A stretch of DNA of 64,000 nucleotides from an uncultured Gammaproteobacteria bacterium (GCA_963764725.1 CAVXTM010000018.1:448001-512000), one strand, 5' to 3'; positions 51,360 to 62,507 are shown, counted from the stretch's first letter. Numbers and translations are program-made. The notes: generated by a model not told the origin, from the letters alone.

Positions 51360-52672
51360 TTAGGAAAGGCGCTTGCGCCGGCTCGCACGCTTGGTGCGAT
51401 ATAGCTCCATGATCGGAGTCGCCGAGGAGCCGTGCAGCAGCACGGACAGGACGATCGTCACCAGCACCGCATCGGTGATGATGCCCATTTCGTTCATCGT
51501 CGGGCCGTGCGTGATCGCGAACGCGAGGTAGTACACCGAGCCGATGCCACGGATGCCGAACCACGCCGCGAGCCTGCGTTGCGTCGGCGTCAATAGCGTG
51601 CCGATCGGCGCGAGATAGATGGCAATCGGACGGGCCACGAAGATCAACGTGAGCGCGATAGCGAGGCTCGTGCCGGTAAAGGCCTGGCTCGTCAACAGCG
51701 CACCGACCACGAGCATCACCGTCAACTCGGCGAGCATTTCCAGATCGAGCGCGAAGTCGAGCACCGCCTTGGCTATGTAGGCGGAGGTCAGTGCCGGTGT
51801 CGCTGCTGCTGCAACCCCCTTGTCGCCCGCCGCGATCGTCTTGTCGGCGCCGGGGCTGCGGTTGAGGTTGTGCCGATGCTCGATGTGCCGTACCGCGAGC
51901 CCCGCCGCGAACACCGCGAGGAACCCGTAGGTCGCGATCGATAACGCGAGCCCGTAGGTCAGCGCAATCAGGCCGAGCGTCAGAAAACTCTCCATGCCGA
52001 AGGCCTGCTCTCGTTCGTGGCGCAGGTACACGATCGCTCGGCTGAACGCGAGGCCAAGGGCCCACCCGAGCGCCAGGCCGCCGAGCGTGGCCCATGCGAC
52101 ATCGACGCTCCACCAGCGCGAGCCGAGCGGCCCGAGTTCATGCAGGCCGAGCACGCCGAGCGCGAGCATCAGGAACGGGAACGCGGCACCATCGTTCAGC
52201 CCGCCTTCGCCGGTCAGGCTGAAACGAAGCTGGTCGCGGTCCTTGATGTTGTCAACCTGCACGTCGGAGGCGAGCACCGGGTCGGTGGGCGCGAGGATCG
52301 ATGCGAGCAGCAGCGCCGTGCCGAACGTCAGGCCGAGCGCGATGCCGACGACAACCATCGCGGCGATCGTCAGCACCATCCCGAGCGTCGCCATCAGCAC
52401 CGGTGCAAGCCACATGCGGTCGGACAATCCAACGCGCAGCCGCAGCCCGACGGCGAAGAGCGATATCAGCAGCGCTATCTCGGTCATCATCTCGACGATG
52501 CCGGCATCGTTCGCAAGCCGATCTGGATGAAGTCGAAGCCCTGTGGTCCGAGCAGGTACCCGGCGACGAGATACAGTGCCGAGGTGCTGACCGGCAGCTT
52601 CTGTCGCCAGGTGTCCGACAGGCCGATCAGGATCAGCAGCACGCCGATGATTAGGCACCAGGTCGAAAACAT
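51360..52672 (-). pseudogene. NhaP-type cation:proton antiporter, frameshift near 52520
   Basis: MFSTWCLIIG start out of frame with SLFAVGL, LAPTDPVLASDVQ, GEGGLNDG.AFPF, WFGIRGIGSVYYL. Confidence 0.85.
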
Positions 52673-52964
52673 AGAAATAGTCAAATGTTGTGTACGAGGC
52701 CAAGTCAGGCGGCGATTCTATCGGTATCTTCCCACATGCCGTCCTTTAAATTCACTCTCCACTGCCCGCTGCATCCCGAGACGGAACATATGTTCGACGA
52801 CAAGCTCATCGGCAAGATGAACGTGGCGCGTATATCGTCAATACGGCGCGTGGCAAGATCTGTGACCGTGACGCGGTTGTGCGGGCCCTTGAGAGCGGGC
52901 AGATTTCACACGGGCAGGAAGATTGGCGTTCAGATATTATTTGCGCACCACAATCTGGAATCGT

Positions 52965-53206
52965 TGGACGGTGCTATTGAGCGTCTGCCTGCCTACGCCC
53001 CGGAGTTGAACCCCGTCGAGTACATCTGGGCGTACCTTAAACAGCATGAACTGCCTCACTTCTGCGCTGAGGATTTCGCGCACCTGACGACTGTGGCGCG
53101 TAGGCGGCTGGCCTCGATGCAGAGGCATACAACGCTCGTTCGTGCATTCTGGAAACAAGCTGAGCTGCCTCTCTGGTAACTTCACTAATTTATGCAAGGC
53201 TCAATA
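52965..53206 (+). pseudogene. IS630 transposase C-terminal fragment and right end
   Basis: LPAYAPELNPVEYIWAYLK, FWKQAEL; TA-ending terminus; left boundary approximate. Confidence 0.8.
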
Positions 53207-53259
53207 GGAAGAATTCCATGCTGATTTCAGTCTTGTGAATCATAGCCGAGCTGGTAACG

Positions 53260-53790
53260 TTGTGGCATGCGAGAACTCTTCATCCTCCTTGCTCATCTTT
53301 TCACGACGCTGGTCAAGCTTGCCGGCCGGGTGGAGTTTATGCAGGGGCGGCCGAGGCACTGGCAGTGAAGCATCAACTGCAAGTCATGAATCGGTCTAGT
53401 CGTCGTGCGCCACGATTGACGCCGTGGGATAGGCTGGTATTTGGTCTCTGTGCTTGCTGCATTCCGATAAAGCGGTTTGCGAAGTGCGCGGTCAAACCTT
53501 CAAGCTTCACCCGGTGCCACCGAGCACTGGTGCGGTGCAAATATCGATGGTTGTATTTCTTCTGGAAGACGTGGCCGTGCCGGGCCCAAGGTCCTTCCAA
53601 GGAGGTCATTGCGGTAGTGGTTGAAATGAAACGACGCAATCCTCGCCTCGGCTGTCGGAAGATTGCGGAGCAGATCGCGCATACCTTCGGTATTTGAACT
53701 CGATAAAGATACGGTGCGTCGGATCTTAGCGAAGCACTACCACCCGGACGCCAGGGGGTATCTCCTGGTTGACGGCCATCGGTCATGTCT
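53260..53790 (+). pseudogene. Degenerate transposase (integrase-core/IS481-like) N-terminal fragment
   Basis: AE.LAVKHQL....R..RRAPRLT.WDR, MKRRNPR.GC.KIAEQI...FGI; internal stop. Confidence 0.65.
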
Positions 53791-53798
53791 CCAACCTC

Positions 53799-54185
53799 TC
53801 AAGCAAATATGATCGCATCGCTGTAGCGGAAGACGGTGCGATCGTGTGTGAGGAGGCGCAACGGTTCGGTAAGCGCCTGGGCGACCAGGATACGGTCGAA
53901 GGGATCGCCGTGGATCGGCGGTAGAGTCTCAACGGCGATCACATGCCCACTGAGTATCGGCAATTCGGCAAAACCTGCGGTGCGGAACAACTCGGCTGCC
54001 CGGCTGCTGGATACGGGCATCTCCCCGCGGCCGAGCTGGTGCTTGATGGCGATTTCCCACAAACTGGCCACGCTCACGAACACCTCGCTATGAGTGTCGA
54101 GGATGAGGCCCCGCGCCCTCTGCGATAACCGGGGGCTGTCCGTGAGCGCCCAGAGTGCGACTTGTGTATCAAGCAGCAGGCGCAT
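53799..54185 (-). CDS. vapC: VapC/PIN-domain toxin
   Basis: MRLLLDT.VALW, SVASLWEIAIK, LP..H.DPFDRILVAQA, LLTHD. Confidence 0.93.
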   Translation of the reverse strand: MRLLLDTQVALWALTDSPRLSQRARGLILDTHSEVFVSVASLWEIAIKHQLGRGEMPVSSSRAAELFRTAGFAELPILSGHVIAVETLPPIHGDPFDRILVAQALTEPLRLLTHDRTVFRYSDAIIFA

Positions 54186-54432
54186 CGGTGGACAACTGCC
54201 CCGTGAATAGCTTCGCCACCTCCTCATTGCATTGGTCGATGTCGTCGGGGACGATGAACTCCCCCTTAGCAACGCCGATGCGACGGGAGGTGTCGGCGGG
54301 TACAATAGGGAGCACTCGCGCGACTGGCTTACCATTACGAGAGATCACAATCTCGGTCTCCTCGCCCGAGGCGATCTGGTCGATGAGCTTGGACAAATGA
54401 GTTTTTGCCTGGAAAAGGTTTACGGTTTGCAT
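54169..54432 (-). CDS. Phd/YefM-family antitoxin
   Basis: VNL.QAKTHLSKLI, IVISRNGKPVAR; overlaps toxin start. Confidence 0.92.
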   Translation of the reverse strand: MQTVNLFQAKTHLSKLIDQIASGEETEIVISRNGKPVARVLPIVPADTSRRIGVAKGEFIVPDDIDQCNEEVAKLFTGQLSTDAPAA

Positions 54433-54451
54433 GGATGTACCCGATTAGAAC

Positions 54452-54471
54452 AGACTAAACTAGTCTAGTCT
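54452..54471. promoter_or_regulatory. Palindromic TA operator candidate
   Basis: AGACTAAACTAGTCTAGTCT, near-perfect palindrome 20 bp upstream of the antitoxin start. Confidence 0.55.
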
Positions 54472-54719
54472 ATTGGGGTTGGCAATCACTTTACGGCGAA
54501 AGTGCTATGCAAACCGGTGTGAGCCGAATCAAAAGGTGGTGACGCAGGATTTTCGAAATCTTGGGTCGCAGACCACGCTCTAACGGGGGAGATAAAGCTG
54601 TCTAATAAAAATTGGCGTATCTCGGTAAAACTGGTACTTATCTGCCCTTAAATGGCCTTATTATTAGACAGGCACCTCTTTCTTTTATTATTTTATTCAA
54701 TGAGTTGTGCGATTTTGTC

Positions 54720-54771
54720 CAGGGGACTGAAAATCCCTGTGTCGGCGGTTCAATTCGGTCCCTGGCCACCA
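54720..54771 (+). repeat. tRNA-Phe 3' fragment including CCA (att site, copy 3)
   Basis: CAGGGGACTGAAAATCCCTGTGTCGGCGGTTCAATTCGGTCCCTGGCCACCA; one mismatch in the T stem. Confidence 0.92.
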
Positions 54772-54775
54772 ATAT

Positions 54776-54788
54776 AATCAATGGCTTG
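54776..54788 (+). promoter_or_regulatory. IHF-binding site next to att core
   Basis: AATCAATGGCTTG matches WATCAANNNNTTR. Confidence 0.65.
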
Positions 54789-55177
54789 CAGCATTTCTAC
54801 CCCGCTCAAGTTGTCTAATATTTTCGCGTTTTTTCTAATTTGTTAGACAGCAGTTATTTTGGAGCTGACGTAAGCCTCGGTTGTTATGAAGGATTACGTA
54901 CGCAACCAAAAACGAGCAGGGGACGCTGTTCTCGCCGGTTGCTATAGGGGATGCATATCAATATGCAGGACTGACTGCGACCCTCGGTGCAGTCTGAGTC
55001 CAGCGCCGTCGTTAAGGAACCCATCGTTCTTATGTATGACAGCTGGACGGTTGCTATGCGAGGTGCTTGCTCAGGCCGTAGCTTGGCAATGTATGGTTAC
55101 CAGCAATTAGCAATGCTGGGGACTTTGGCTATCATGGGGAAGCTTAAGAGCGGCATTTGATCGAGAGAAGAGAACCC

Positions 55178-56128
55178 ATGAAAGTCATGCACTACATCGC
55201 CTATGGCGATCCGTCGCAACTCCGACGAGGTGATGCACCCGTACCTAAACCGGTCCCCTATGAACTCTTGGTCCGCGCCATGGCCTCTTCGGTCAACCCG
55301 ATCGACTGGAAACTCTATAACGGTAGTCTGCGTTATTTAGTTCCGATGAAATTTCCGGGGGTTCCAGGATTCGACATCGCAGGAGAGGTCGTTGAGGTCG
55401 GACAGCAAGTAACACAGTTCAAACCCGGTGATCGCATCTATGCCTCACTCGACAACAACTCGGGCGGCGCCGCAGCGGAATATGTCGTTGTGGGTGCGGC
55501 GGCGGCAGCATTAATGCCCAATTCTCTCACCTACCAAGAGGCAGCTTTGCTACCCCTCGCAGGACTTACTGCGCTACAGGCCCTGCGTGACGAAGGGCAA
55601 TTGCGGTCAGGCCAACGATGTTTGGTTGTGGGGGCGTCCGGAGGGGTGGGTCACTTAGCGATTCAGATAGCCAAGGAACTGGGAGCTCACGTCACCGGCG
55701 TGTGTAGTACCACCAATGTCGAATTCGTCAAACAGCTCGGTGCCGATTTCGTGATCGACTATCACCAACAATCGGCCTTCCGGAGCGATGGCCGTTTCGA
55801 CGTCTTGCTGGATGCCGTGGGGACGCTCCCCTTCGCGCCTTTCCAAGCAGTGATGAATCCTTCGGCGGTCTACATCACTCTCTTACCGAGTCTTCTTTCG
55901 ATTGCGCGGGCAGTAGGCTTCCGCGTTTTTTCGCGCCAACGAGTGGTGCCCTTATTGATGCGTCCTCGAGCCGATGATTTGCGCTATCTCGGGACACTCG
56001 TTGACGGCGGTCGACTCCGAGCTGTGATTAACAGCACTTATTCCTTGGAGGAGCTGGCCGAGGCACACGGACAGAGTCAGAGGGGCCGTGTGCGCGGAAA
56101 ATTGAGCATCGTCATTCAGCCGACGTAG
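55178..56128 (+). CDS. NAD(P)-dependent quinone oxidoreductase/MDR family
   Basis: SVNPIDWK, PGFDIAG.V, PLAGLTALQAL, GASGGVG, GRVRGK. Confidence 0.9.
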   Translation: MKVMHYIAYGDPSQLRRGDAPVPKPVPYELLVRAMASSVNPIDWKLYNGSLRYLVPMKFPGVPGFDIAGEVVEVGQQVTQFKPGDRIYASLDNNSGGAAAEYVVVGAAAAALMPNSLTYQEAALLPLAGLTALQALRDEGQLRSGQRCLVVGASGGVGHLAIQIAKELGAHVTGVCSTTNVEFVKQLGADFVIDYHQQSAFRSDGRFDVLLDAVGTLPFAPFQAVMNPSAVYITLLPSLLSIARAVGFRVFSRQRVVPLLMRPRADDLRYLGTLVDGGRLRAVINSTYSLEELAEAHGQSQRGRVRGKLSIVIQPT

Positions 56129-56239
56129 TGGACACTGCCACGGTACACTAGTCGACGGTGAGATCACGGGCCATACGGATGGCGGTTTCCACTCCCTGAT
56201 AATACCGCGACCAGGCCATCGCCCAGCAACCTTAGTGTA

Positions 56240-56792
56240 ATACGGTCAACGCCCCCTTCGAGCGAAACCGGAGCGCTCGGCGCCGGCAGTGAAAATTCTC
56301 CACCACACGGTCCTCTGTCTCGCGACAAAGCGCATCTGGATTCAGAATCCGTACTTTATCCCTGAACCCGACGCCATCGAAGCATTCGGAAGGGCGATCG
56401 CCAAGGGCGTCGACGTGCGGGTGATGATGCCCTCGACCGGAGGCTCGGATAACCCGATGGTACAACACGCCGGCCATCGCAACTTCGAGAAGCTGCTCCG
56501 GTGCGGCGTGCGCCTGTTCGAGTACCCCGATACGTTGCTGCACCAAAAGGTCATGACCGTGGATGGCGTATGGTGCGCGATCGGTTCGAGCAACTTCGAC
56601 GACCGGTCCTTCGAAACCAACGATGAGATCACGCTCGGGATCGCGGATCCGGCGACGGCCAAGCGGCTGGAAGAGATTTTCGAGAAGTACCTTCCCGGCT
56701 GTACGGAGATCAAGCTCGATGCGTGGCGCAAGCGCGGGCTCACGCATCGGCTGATCGACAACATGTATTACATGATCAACGAGGTGCTTTGA
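56240..56792 (+). pseudogene. Cardiolipin synthase/PLD C-terminal fragment
   Basis: IQNPYFIP, GVDVR, one HKD motif (HQKVMTVD), GSSNFDDRSF.NDE; N-terminal half absent. Confidence 0.8.
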
Positions 56793-57483
56793 GAAGGGGC
56801 CTGGTTAGGAACACTGCGCGCGAATAGCGAATAGAAGGTATAGACGCCTCCCTTTTTTAGATCGAGGCTACCATCATTGATGGATACCTCAAAGTGGTAG
56901 GCTGGACGGCAAACAGGCAGATGAAACACATTCCATGGCAATGGCTCTGAGCCACTCATAGGACTCAATCGTTGCACGTGGAGCCGTATGTTCCGTCCCA
57001 ACGACTAACGATCAGTTCACCGGCACCTTTGGGCGAAAAAAAACTGCTCGGTGGTCCGGTTGATTCGATTGTAGGGTAATCGCCGGGGCACATGGATGCA
57101 GCCGCTTGACGATCCATGGGATAGTTGGACATACCACGACCCCTAGTCGCATACCGGGTAACAGAACCGACGTCTTGAGTGAATGGGTGTTTGCCATACC
57201 GGCTTAAGCGGGATGTGCGGCTGGATTTCCATCCAAGCGCAGCCTCATAGCTCCGAAACCTCATTGAGGAGCCAGAAGCGGCCCGTTCATCCAGATTTGG
57301 ATAGACGGAAGCGTCAGAGGTATTATGTTGTTCGGAAAAGGCTTCCTGGCTACGACCAGACCTATTGCGGGAAGAGATAGATGGAATGATGTTCTGTTCG
57401 CATAACAGTTAGGGCACACAGAGTGTCGGCCTCAATTGTTTGTAGCGGAGAGCGCGTTGAGCACAGGCACGAGCACCGTCAAG

Positions 57484-57705
57484 GTGATTCAGGTGAAGGT
57501 CAAGCCCAGCGCGCGCATCAGCGTCCTGGAGGAAACAAGCCCCGACGTATGGCTTGCTCAACTCAAGTCACCGCCCATAGACGGAAGGGCCAACGAAGAA
57601 CTCATTGCATTGGTCGCCAAGCACTTCGCCTGCCGAAAGTCCGCCGTTTCCATCAAAAGCGGTGCCTCCGGGCGCATGAAGCTGGTTCGCATCGAAAGCA
57701 GCTGA
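57484..57705 (+). CDS. DUF167/YggU-family protein
   Basis: IQVKVKPSAR, LKSPPIDGRANEELI.LVA.HF, I.SG.SGR.K. Confidence 0.88.
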   Translation: MIQVKVKPSARISVLEETSPDVWLAQLKSPPIDGRANEELIALVAKHFACRKSAVSIKSGASGRMKLVRIESS

Positions 57706-57728
57706 GTCGAAGTGTGCGCGAGAATGTG

Positions 57729-57839
57729 CCCTAACCCTTCCATCGAACGGACACACAACGGTGGGGCACAATGGTGCGCTCCGTCTGGCGCCGTGCCGCC
57801 GTTGTGTGCCGCTCATGTCAAACGTGTCAAACGTTAGCC
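57729..57839 (+). other. attC recombination site with a 9-bp tandem duplication
   Basis: CCCTAAC CCTTCCATCGAACGGACACACAACGG ... CCGTTGTGTGCCGCTCA TGTCAAACG TGTCAAAC GTTAGCC. Confidence 0.85.
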
Positions 57840-58086
57840 CTCAGACCGAAAACGCGCACCATGTCGGTAGGTTGGCGGGAGTATCAGCAACGGGCTGGGC
57901 CCAGCGTCTGGAGCGGGGTGGGCTGGCCACCTTATTGAATTTCTTTATCGTTCTTTTCATAGAATGTGGATTTTCGTGGTTCCCGCATCCAGGAAGACGG
58001 ACCCGTGAGAGCATTAGTTTGTGGGTTGCATTCTATGAATTCTCAGTAGTTCATCTATCCATCCGATCCAAATTGAGGACATAAAT

Positions 58087-58488
58087 ATGAGCATCGTTTC
58101 AGAATTCAAAGAATTTGCGATGAAGGGGAACATGGTTGACATGGCAGTCGGTATCATAATCGGTACGGCTTTCGGCAAGATCGTCTCAGCCTTGGTAGAT
58201 AAAGTGATCATGCCTCCTATTGGGTTCCTCATTGGCGGGGTGAACTTCAGAGATCTCGCCATCATCCTGCAGGGCGCCGAGGGGGATAAGCCAGCGGTCG
58301 TTGTGGGTTATGGCGAATTCCTCCAGACGGTGTTCGATTTCGCCATCATCGCGTTTGCGATCTTCATGATGGTTAAGGCCCTTAACAAGCTTAAGAAGCA
58401 GGCGCCTCCTCCCGCTGCGCCACCCGAATCGACTAAAGAAGAGAAGCTGCTCACCGAGATCCGCGACATTCTGAAGAGCGCAGGTTAG
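58087..58488 (+). CDS. mscL: Large-conductance mechanosensitive channel
   Basis: [40 protein letters not shown]. Confidence 0.95.
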   Translation: MSIVSEFKEFAMKGNMVDMAVGIIIGTAFGKIVSALVDKVIMPPIGFLIGGVNFRDLAIILQGAEGDKPAVVVGYGEFLQTVFDFAIIAFAIFMMVKALNKLKKQAPPPAAPPESTKEEKLLTEIRDILKSAG

Positions 58489-58788
58489 GGTAGCGTCGTG
58501 CGGACCCGCATGGGGAGTGTTGTGGGCATTGTGTCTTGGAAAGCTGCTGGCTAGCGTTACCACGGCAACCATCTCAGGTCAAGTTCAACCCCAGCGCCTT
58601 GCAGTAACTGCCGCTGTTCGCGGAAGTTGCGGATCAGCCTGTGTCCGAGCCACTGACGTTTCATCGTGCGGCCCGCCGCACTGGGACGATGACATCAATC
58701 AAACGTCGAAGTACGACCCGACGCGCGAGCAGCCCACCGAAAGCGAGGAACATCAGGCGGTGCCTAAGAAGGCTATCTGGCGTTATGC

Positions 58789-59000
58789 TCAGAACGACAG
58801 GCTCAGGGTGACGCGTACCGAGCGCGGCTCGACCGGATGGAAATGGATGTCGTCCACACCTGCCGCAGGCTCCCCGGAAAGGCGCGAGGCGTAGAAATAC
58901 TCGATATCGCTGTCCTCGGAATCGAGAAGGTTGAAAATCTCGATGCCGAGGCGCAGATCGTCGCGGAGCTTGTAGCCGATGTCGGCATTGAGGAGCGTGG
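58789..59000 (-). pseudogene. TonB-dependent receptor C-terminal fragment
   Basis: LNADIGYK..EIFNLLD...SDIEYFYASRL.GEP...DIHFHPVEPRSVRVTLSLSF-stop. Confidence 0.7.
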
Positions 59001-59059
59001 TGGATGATGACGCACGCTGTCACTCTCGGGAGGCCTTGGCCCGAAATACCGTACACGCA

Positions 59060-59282
59060 GCCCACCTGCTCAGGCAAGACCGTCATGTGCCTGCCTGGTA
59101 CGCTGGTGCATGTGCCCGCTGGCACGGTGCACGGCTTTCACTTCGGTGTCGGTGGCGGCGAGATGCTCGAATTCACCGGTCAGGGCGGCAGTGCCACGCA
59201 GATGTTCACCGCCGTCAACAAGGAAATCCCGCCCGGCCCCCCCGACATTCCCAAGGTGTTGAAGGTACTCAAGCAACGCTAA
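59060..59282 (+). pseudogene. Cupin-domain C-terminal fragment
   Basis: GTLVHVPAGTVHGF cupin motif 2; motif 1 absent. Confidence 0.6.
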
Positions 59283-60379
59283 TGCATACGATTAACAGAA
59301 ACCTCATTGTCGTGGTTGCCACAACGGTTATCCTAATCGGATTGCCGCTAGTGGGCGCAGCGGTTGCTGGCCAGCCAGTCTCCGTTTTTTTGGAGTTCCC
59401 ACCGCAAACGCGGCTTGTGGAGCCTGCGGCGTTCTCTTGGCCGGCGTTTGCACTCGTCAGCGCATTGGCCCTCTGCCTTGCGCTTACCTGGGTGCGCTTA
59501 TATCTGCCTTTTTCACGCCCGCATGCACCGCGCGAGCCGCGCTATCCTTTCCCCTGGTGGGGCTGGGCTGCAAGCATATTGCTCATTGTCTGCTGGGTTT
59601 TTGCGTGGAACAGGTTCGAATGGTTCGAGCCTCTGCAACCCCATACGTTCGCTCCGCTTTGGGTCTCCTACATCATCGTCGCGAATGCGCTTAGCTTGCG
59701 GCGCACCGGCAAGTGTCTGCTTACGCACGAGCCGCGGTATCTGATCATGCTGTTTCCTTTAAGCGCTGTGTTTTGGTGGTATTTCGAGTACCTCAACCGC
59801 TTTGTGCAGAATTGGCACTACGTTAATCATGCGGCGACTACGCCGCTCGCCTATATTGGCCACGCGACGCTGGCTTTCTCGACCGTGCTGCCCGCCTTCG
59901 CCAGCACGCTAGAGCTATTGCGGTCGTACCGCACATTGGCCACAACGCGTTTTCGTAAACCCCTGTCCCTCACAAGACCAAAATTCGGGGCAGCAGTGGT
60001 GTTGATCCTTGCCTCAGTGGCCCTGCTTGGAATCGCGGTCCGGCCGGACTACCTATACCCGCTTGTCTGGATAGTCCCCCTGTCGATCCTGGTTTCGCTG
60101 CAGGCACTGCTCGGGACCGCTACCCCATTCGACCGCTTAGCGCTGGGTGCCTGGGAGGTAGTCAGCCTACCGGCGCTCGCGGCGCTAGTCTGCGGCATAT
60201 TGTGGGAGCTGTGGAACTATTACAGCGTTGCTAAGTGGGTTTATTCCATTCCCTATGTCCACATCCTACCGGTGTTCGAGATGCCATTGCTGGGCTATGC
60301 GGGATACCTTCTGTTCGGGCTCGAGTGTGCGGCAATTGCGGCGCTCATTCGTGCGCCTCAGCACTGGCGGCACTTCTAA
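59282..60379 (+). CDS. Uncharacterised multi-pass membrane protein
   Basis: Many hydrophobic segments; FWWYFEYLNRFVQNWHY, WELWNYYS.AKW.YSIP, FEMPLLGYAGYL.FGLEC. Confidence 0.7.
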   Translation: MHTINRNLIVVVATTVILIGLPLVGAAVAGQPVSVFLEFPPQTRLVEPAAFSWPAFALVSALALCLALTWVRLYLPFSRPHAPREPRYPFPWWGWAASILLIVCWVFAWNRFEWFEPLQPHTFAPLWVSYIIVANALSLRRTGKCLLTHEPRYLIMLFPLSAVFWWYFEYLNRFVQNWHYVNHAATTPLAYIGHATLAFSTVLPAFASTLELLRSYRTLATTRFRKPLSLTRPKFGAAVVLILASVALLGIAVRPDYLYPLVWIVPLSILVSLQALLGTATPFDRLALGAWEVVSLPALAALVCGILWELWNYYSVAKWVYSIPYVHILPVFEMPLLGYAGYLLFGLECAAIAALIRAPQHWRHF

Positions 60380-60815
60380 AGCGCAATGACCAAGGATCTA
60401 ACGATCAATCACAGACATCCACACGCTGGATGTGCCTTTGGCCGTAGCGGTCATCCACTCGAAGAACGACCCTTCGCTTCGCGCTTTCCCATCGCTGAGG
60501 GCACGATCCCGGAACGGACGGCACGCGAAATCAGGCTGTTGTCCTAGGTGTTCATGGATGAGGGATAGTTCGCCTCAACAGAGAGACGCTCCACGTCATC
60601 CCAGCATCGGAACTGCCGTGAGCCGAGGTGATTCAAGTAGCGAGCTCAAGCGAGGGCCCAAGTCTCAACGATGGATGTGGAAACTATAAAACCAGGCCCC
60701 TGATATATCTATGTAAAAGGGGACAAGCATCGGCCGCGGTGAAGTCCCCGTCTGTGGTTTTCTTGGGCAAAAAGGGGAGCCTCCAGGCGGCCTTGAAATA
60801 GATGGCATTGGTTAG

Positions 60816-61581
60816 CCCCGATTTCTCACCGATAACCAAGAAAAAGGCCGTATCTCGTGGCATAATATGTGTGTGATCAGCATGTTATGCACAATGACGA
60901 GGACGGCCTTATGGAAACACAGTGTAATGCAGGGCGGATGGAATTTCACGGTCTTGGAGGTCGGCGGGTGGTAGGGAGGTTTGATGGGGGGAGGATCAGC
61001 TCCGATGGAGGTAGTTTGCTGTTGCGGGAGGTGGAATCGCGGACGCATATTCTGAAGCGCCTGGCGGGGTGTTTCATCGATCACCGGGATCCGGAGTTGA
61101 TCGAGCACTCGGTGGAGTCGCTCATCGAACAGCGGGTGGTTGGGATGGCGCTCGGGTACGAGGATCTGAACGATCACGACACCCTGCGGCACGATGTGTT
61201 ATTGGGGGTGCTCGGTCAGAAGGAAGACCCAAGCGGTGCGGGGAGGCGCCAAGCGGGGGACCGAGGCAAGGCGCTGGCGGGGAAGAGCACGCTCAATCGG
61301 CTGGAGTTGACACCGGAGAAGGCGGATGCGGGGAGCCGCTACAAGAAAATTGTGGCCGATTGGGAGGCGATGGATAAGCTCCTGGTAGAGTTGTTTCTCG
61401 ACTCCTATGGGGTTCCCCCGCAGGAGGTGGTGATCGATGTGGATGCGACCGATGATCCGCTGCACGGGCATCAGGAAGGGCGTTTCTTCCATGGCTATTA
61501 CGGCCACTATTGCTATCTGCCGTTGTATTTCTTCTGCGGGGATAAGTTGCTCGGTGCCCGTTTGCGGGAGGCCGATGAGGA
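60816..61581 (+). mobile_element. IS1380-family element, left part only (transposase from 60911, truncated)
   Basis: CCCCGATTT terminus, FDGGRISSDGG, GYEDLNDHD, DVDATDDPLHGHQEG, YCYLPLY. Confidence 0.88.
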
Positions 61582-61990
61582 CAGGCAAAAAGCTGTAGTC
61601 CTTCTGGCCCCAGAGGTGGTTGGCGCTATGGAGCTGATATTTGAGCTGAGCCGTGCGCCCCTGGCCGGCACCTTGGATTTCCTTCCTAAGATTGCCCCAC
61701 GCAGGGTGCAGCCGATCCTGCTCGAGCGTAAAGTGCAGGGTCGTTGCTATCTGCATTGCCGTCTCACCGCGGGCGCCGGCGTAGGTCATGGCGAGCGCGT
61801 TGGAGATACTGTAGGGCGAGAAAAAAAGGTTGTCCTGCTGGGCTAGGTGACTATACAAGTCGAGGGCAAAGGTGTTGCTGTCCTTGACGACCGTGGCGGC
61901 GTCGGAATCAGGTTCGGTGGGCGGCTGGGCATTAGTCAAGCCGTGGGCGAAAGCCAGGCAGGCGGCCAAGGCGATAGTTAGATGTTTCAT
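61582..61990 (-). pseudogene. Secreted serpin, N-terminal third only
   Basis: Signal peptide, N.FALDLY, NLFFSPYSIS.ALAMTYAGARGETA, L.SAN.LW.Q. Confidence 0.85.
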
Positions 61991-62477
61991 CGTGATTCCT
62001 CAGTGTGTTTTGCGGTGGTTCTGCGAAGCGCGCCCGAGCCGAAGAGCCGCTTCAAAAAAGACGTGGGAACACGGCAAATAGAACATCTTACTAGACCAGT
62101 TGACGCGTACTGAAAATTGGCGTTCCGAAAAATATTGTGGAGGGTTTTCGATGATTTTCACGCGTTAATTGCGATGGAGAACGGCTATAGAAGCCTATTA
62201 GCGTTGGTCCTCGACCCAGCTGCTTAAGCCACAAACGAATATTTGAACAGCAAGCGCGCTTGGCATACGGGCGGTATCCAAAATTAGTGGTCACATTGGA
62301 GCTGAATACTCGGAAATTTTTGCGCATTACACTGACGAGCGAATCCCATGCGATCAGGCTACACCGATTTTTCAGCGACTCGCTAGTGGTTGGCCAAAAA
62401 CCGGAGTAACGCCCGGTCGAAGATTAAATGCGCAGCACAAAATTACGCCTTCGCTTCGTCTCCCCTTACCTTCCTCC

Positions 62478-62507
62478 AAAAAAAGACCCCGCCGGGTGGC
62501 GGGGTCT
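62478..62507 (-). terminator. Rho-independent terminator downstream of csp
   Basis: Minus strand AGACCCCGCC-ACCC-GGCGGGGTCT followed by a T-run. Confidence 0.85.

Larger units (their letters stand above)
36010..54771. mobile_element. Genomic island 2 (decayed stress/DNA-repair cargo, IS-rich, no integrase seen)
   Basis: Bounded by tRNA-Phe 3' copies at 35961-36009 and 54720-54771. Confidence 0.75.
57408..57839 (+). mobile_element. Integron gene cassette (DUF167 gene plus attC)
   Basis: Upstream core GTTAGGGCACA is the exact complement of TGTGCCCTAAC (57725-57735) after the gene. Confidence 0.85.

Noticed and set aside
56965-57264. Integron integrase divergent from the cassette
   Set aside because: No IntI motifs recognisable in the minus-strand frames; at most an unprovable N-terminal stub.
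57395-57422. dif/XerCD site (TGTTCGCATAA resembles a XerC arm)
   Set aside because: No XerD arm (TTATGTTAAAT) at 6-bp spacing; better explained as the cassette core site.
60869-61990. Full-length 325-aa and 263-aa overlapping proteins
   Set aside because: Their C-terminal parts are read-through across a deletion junction.
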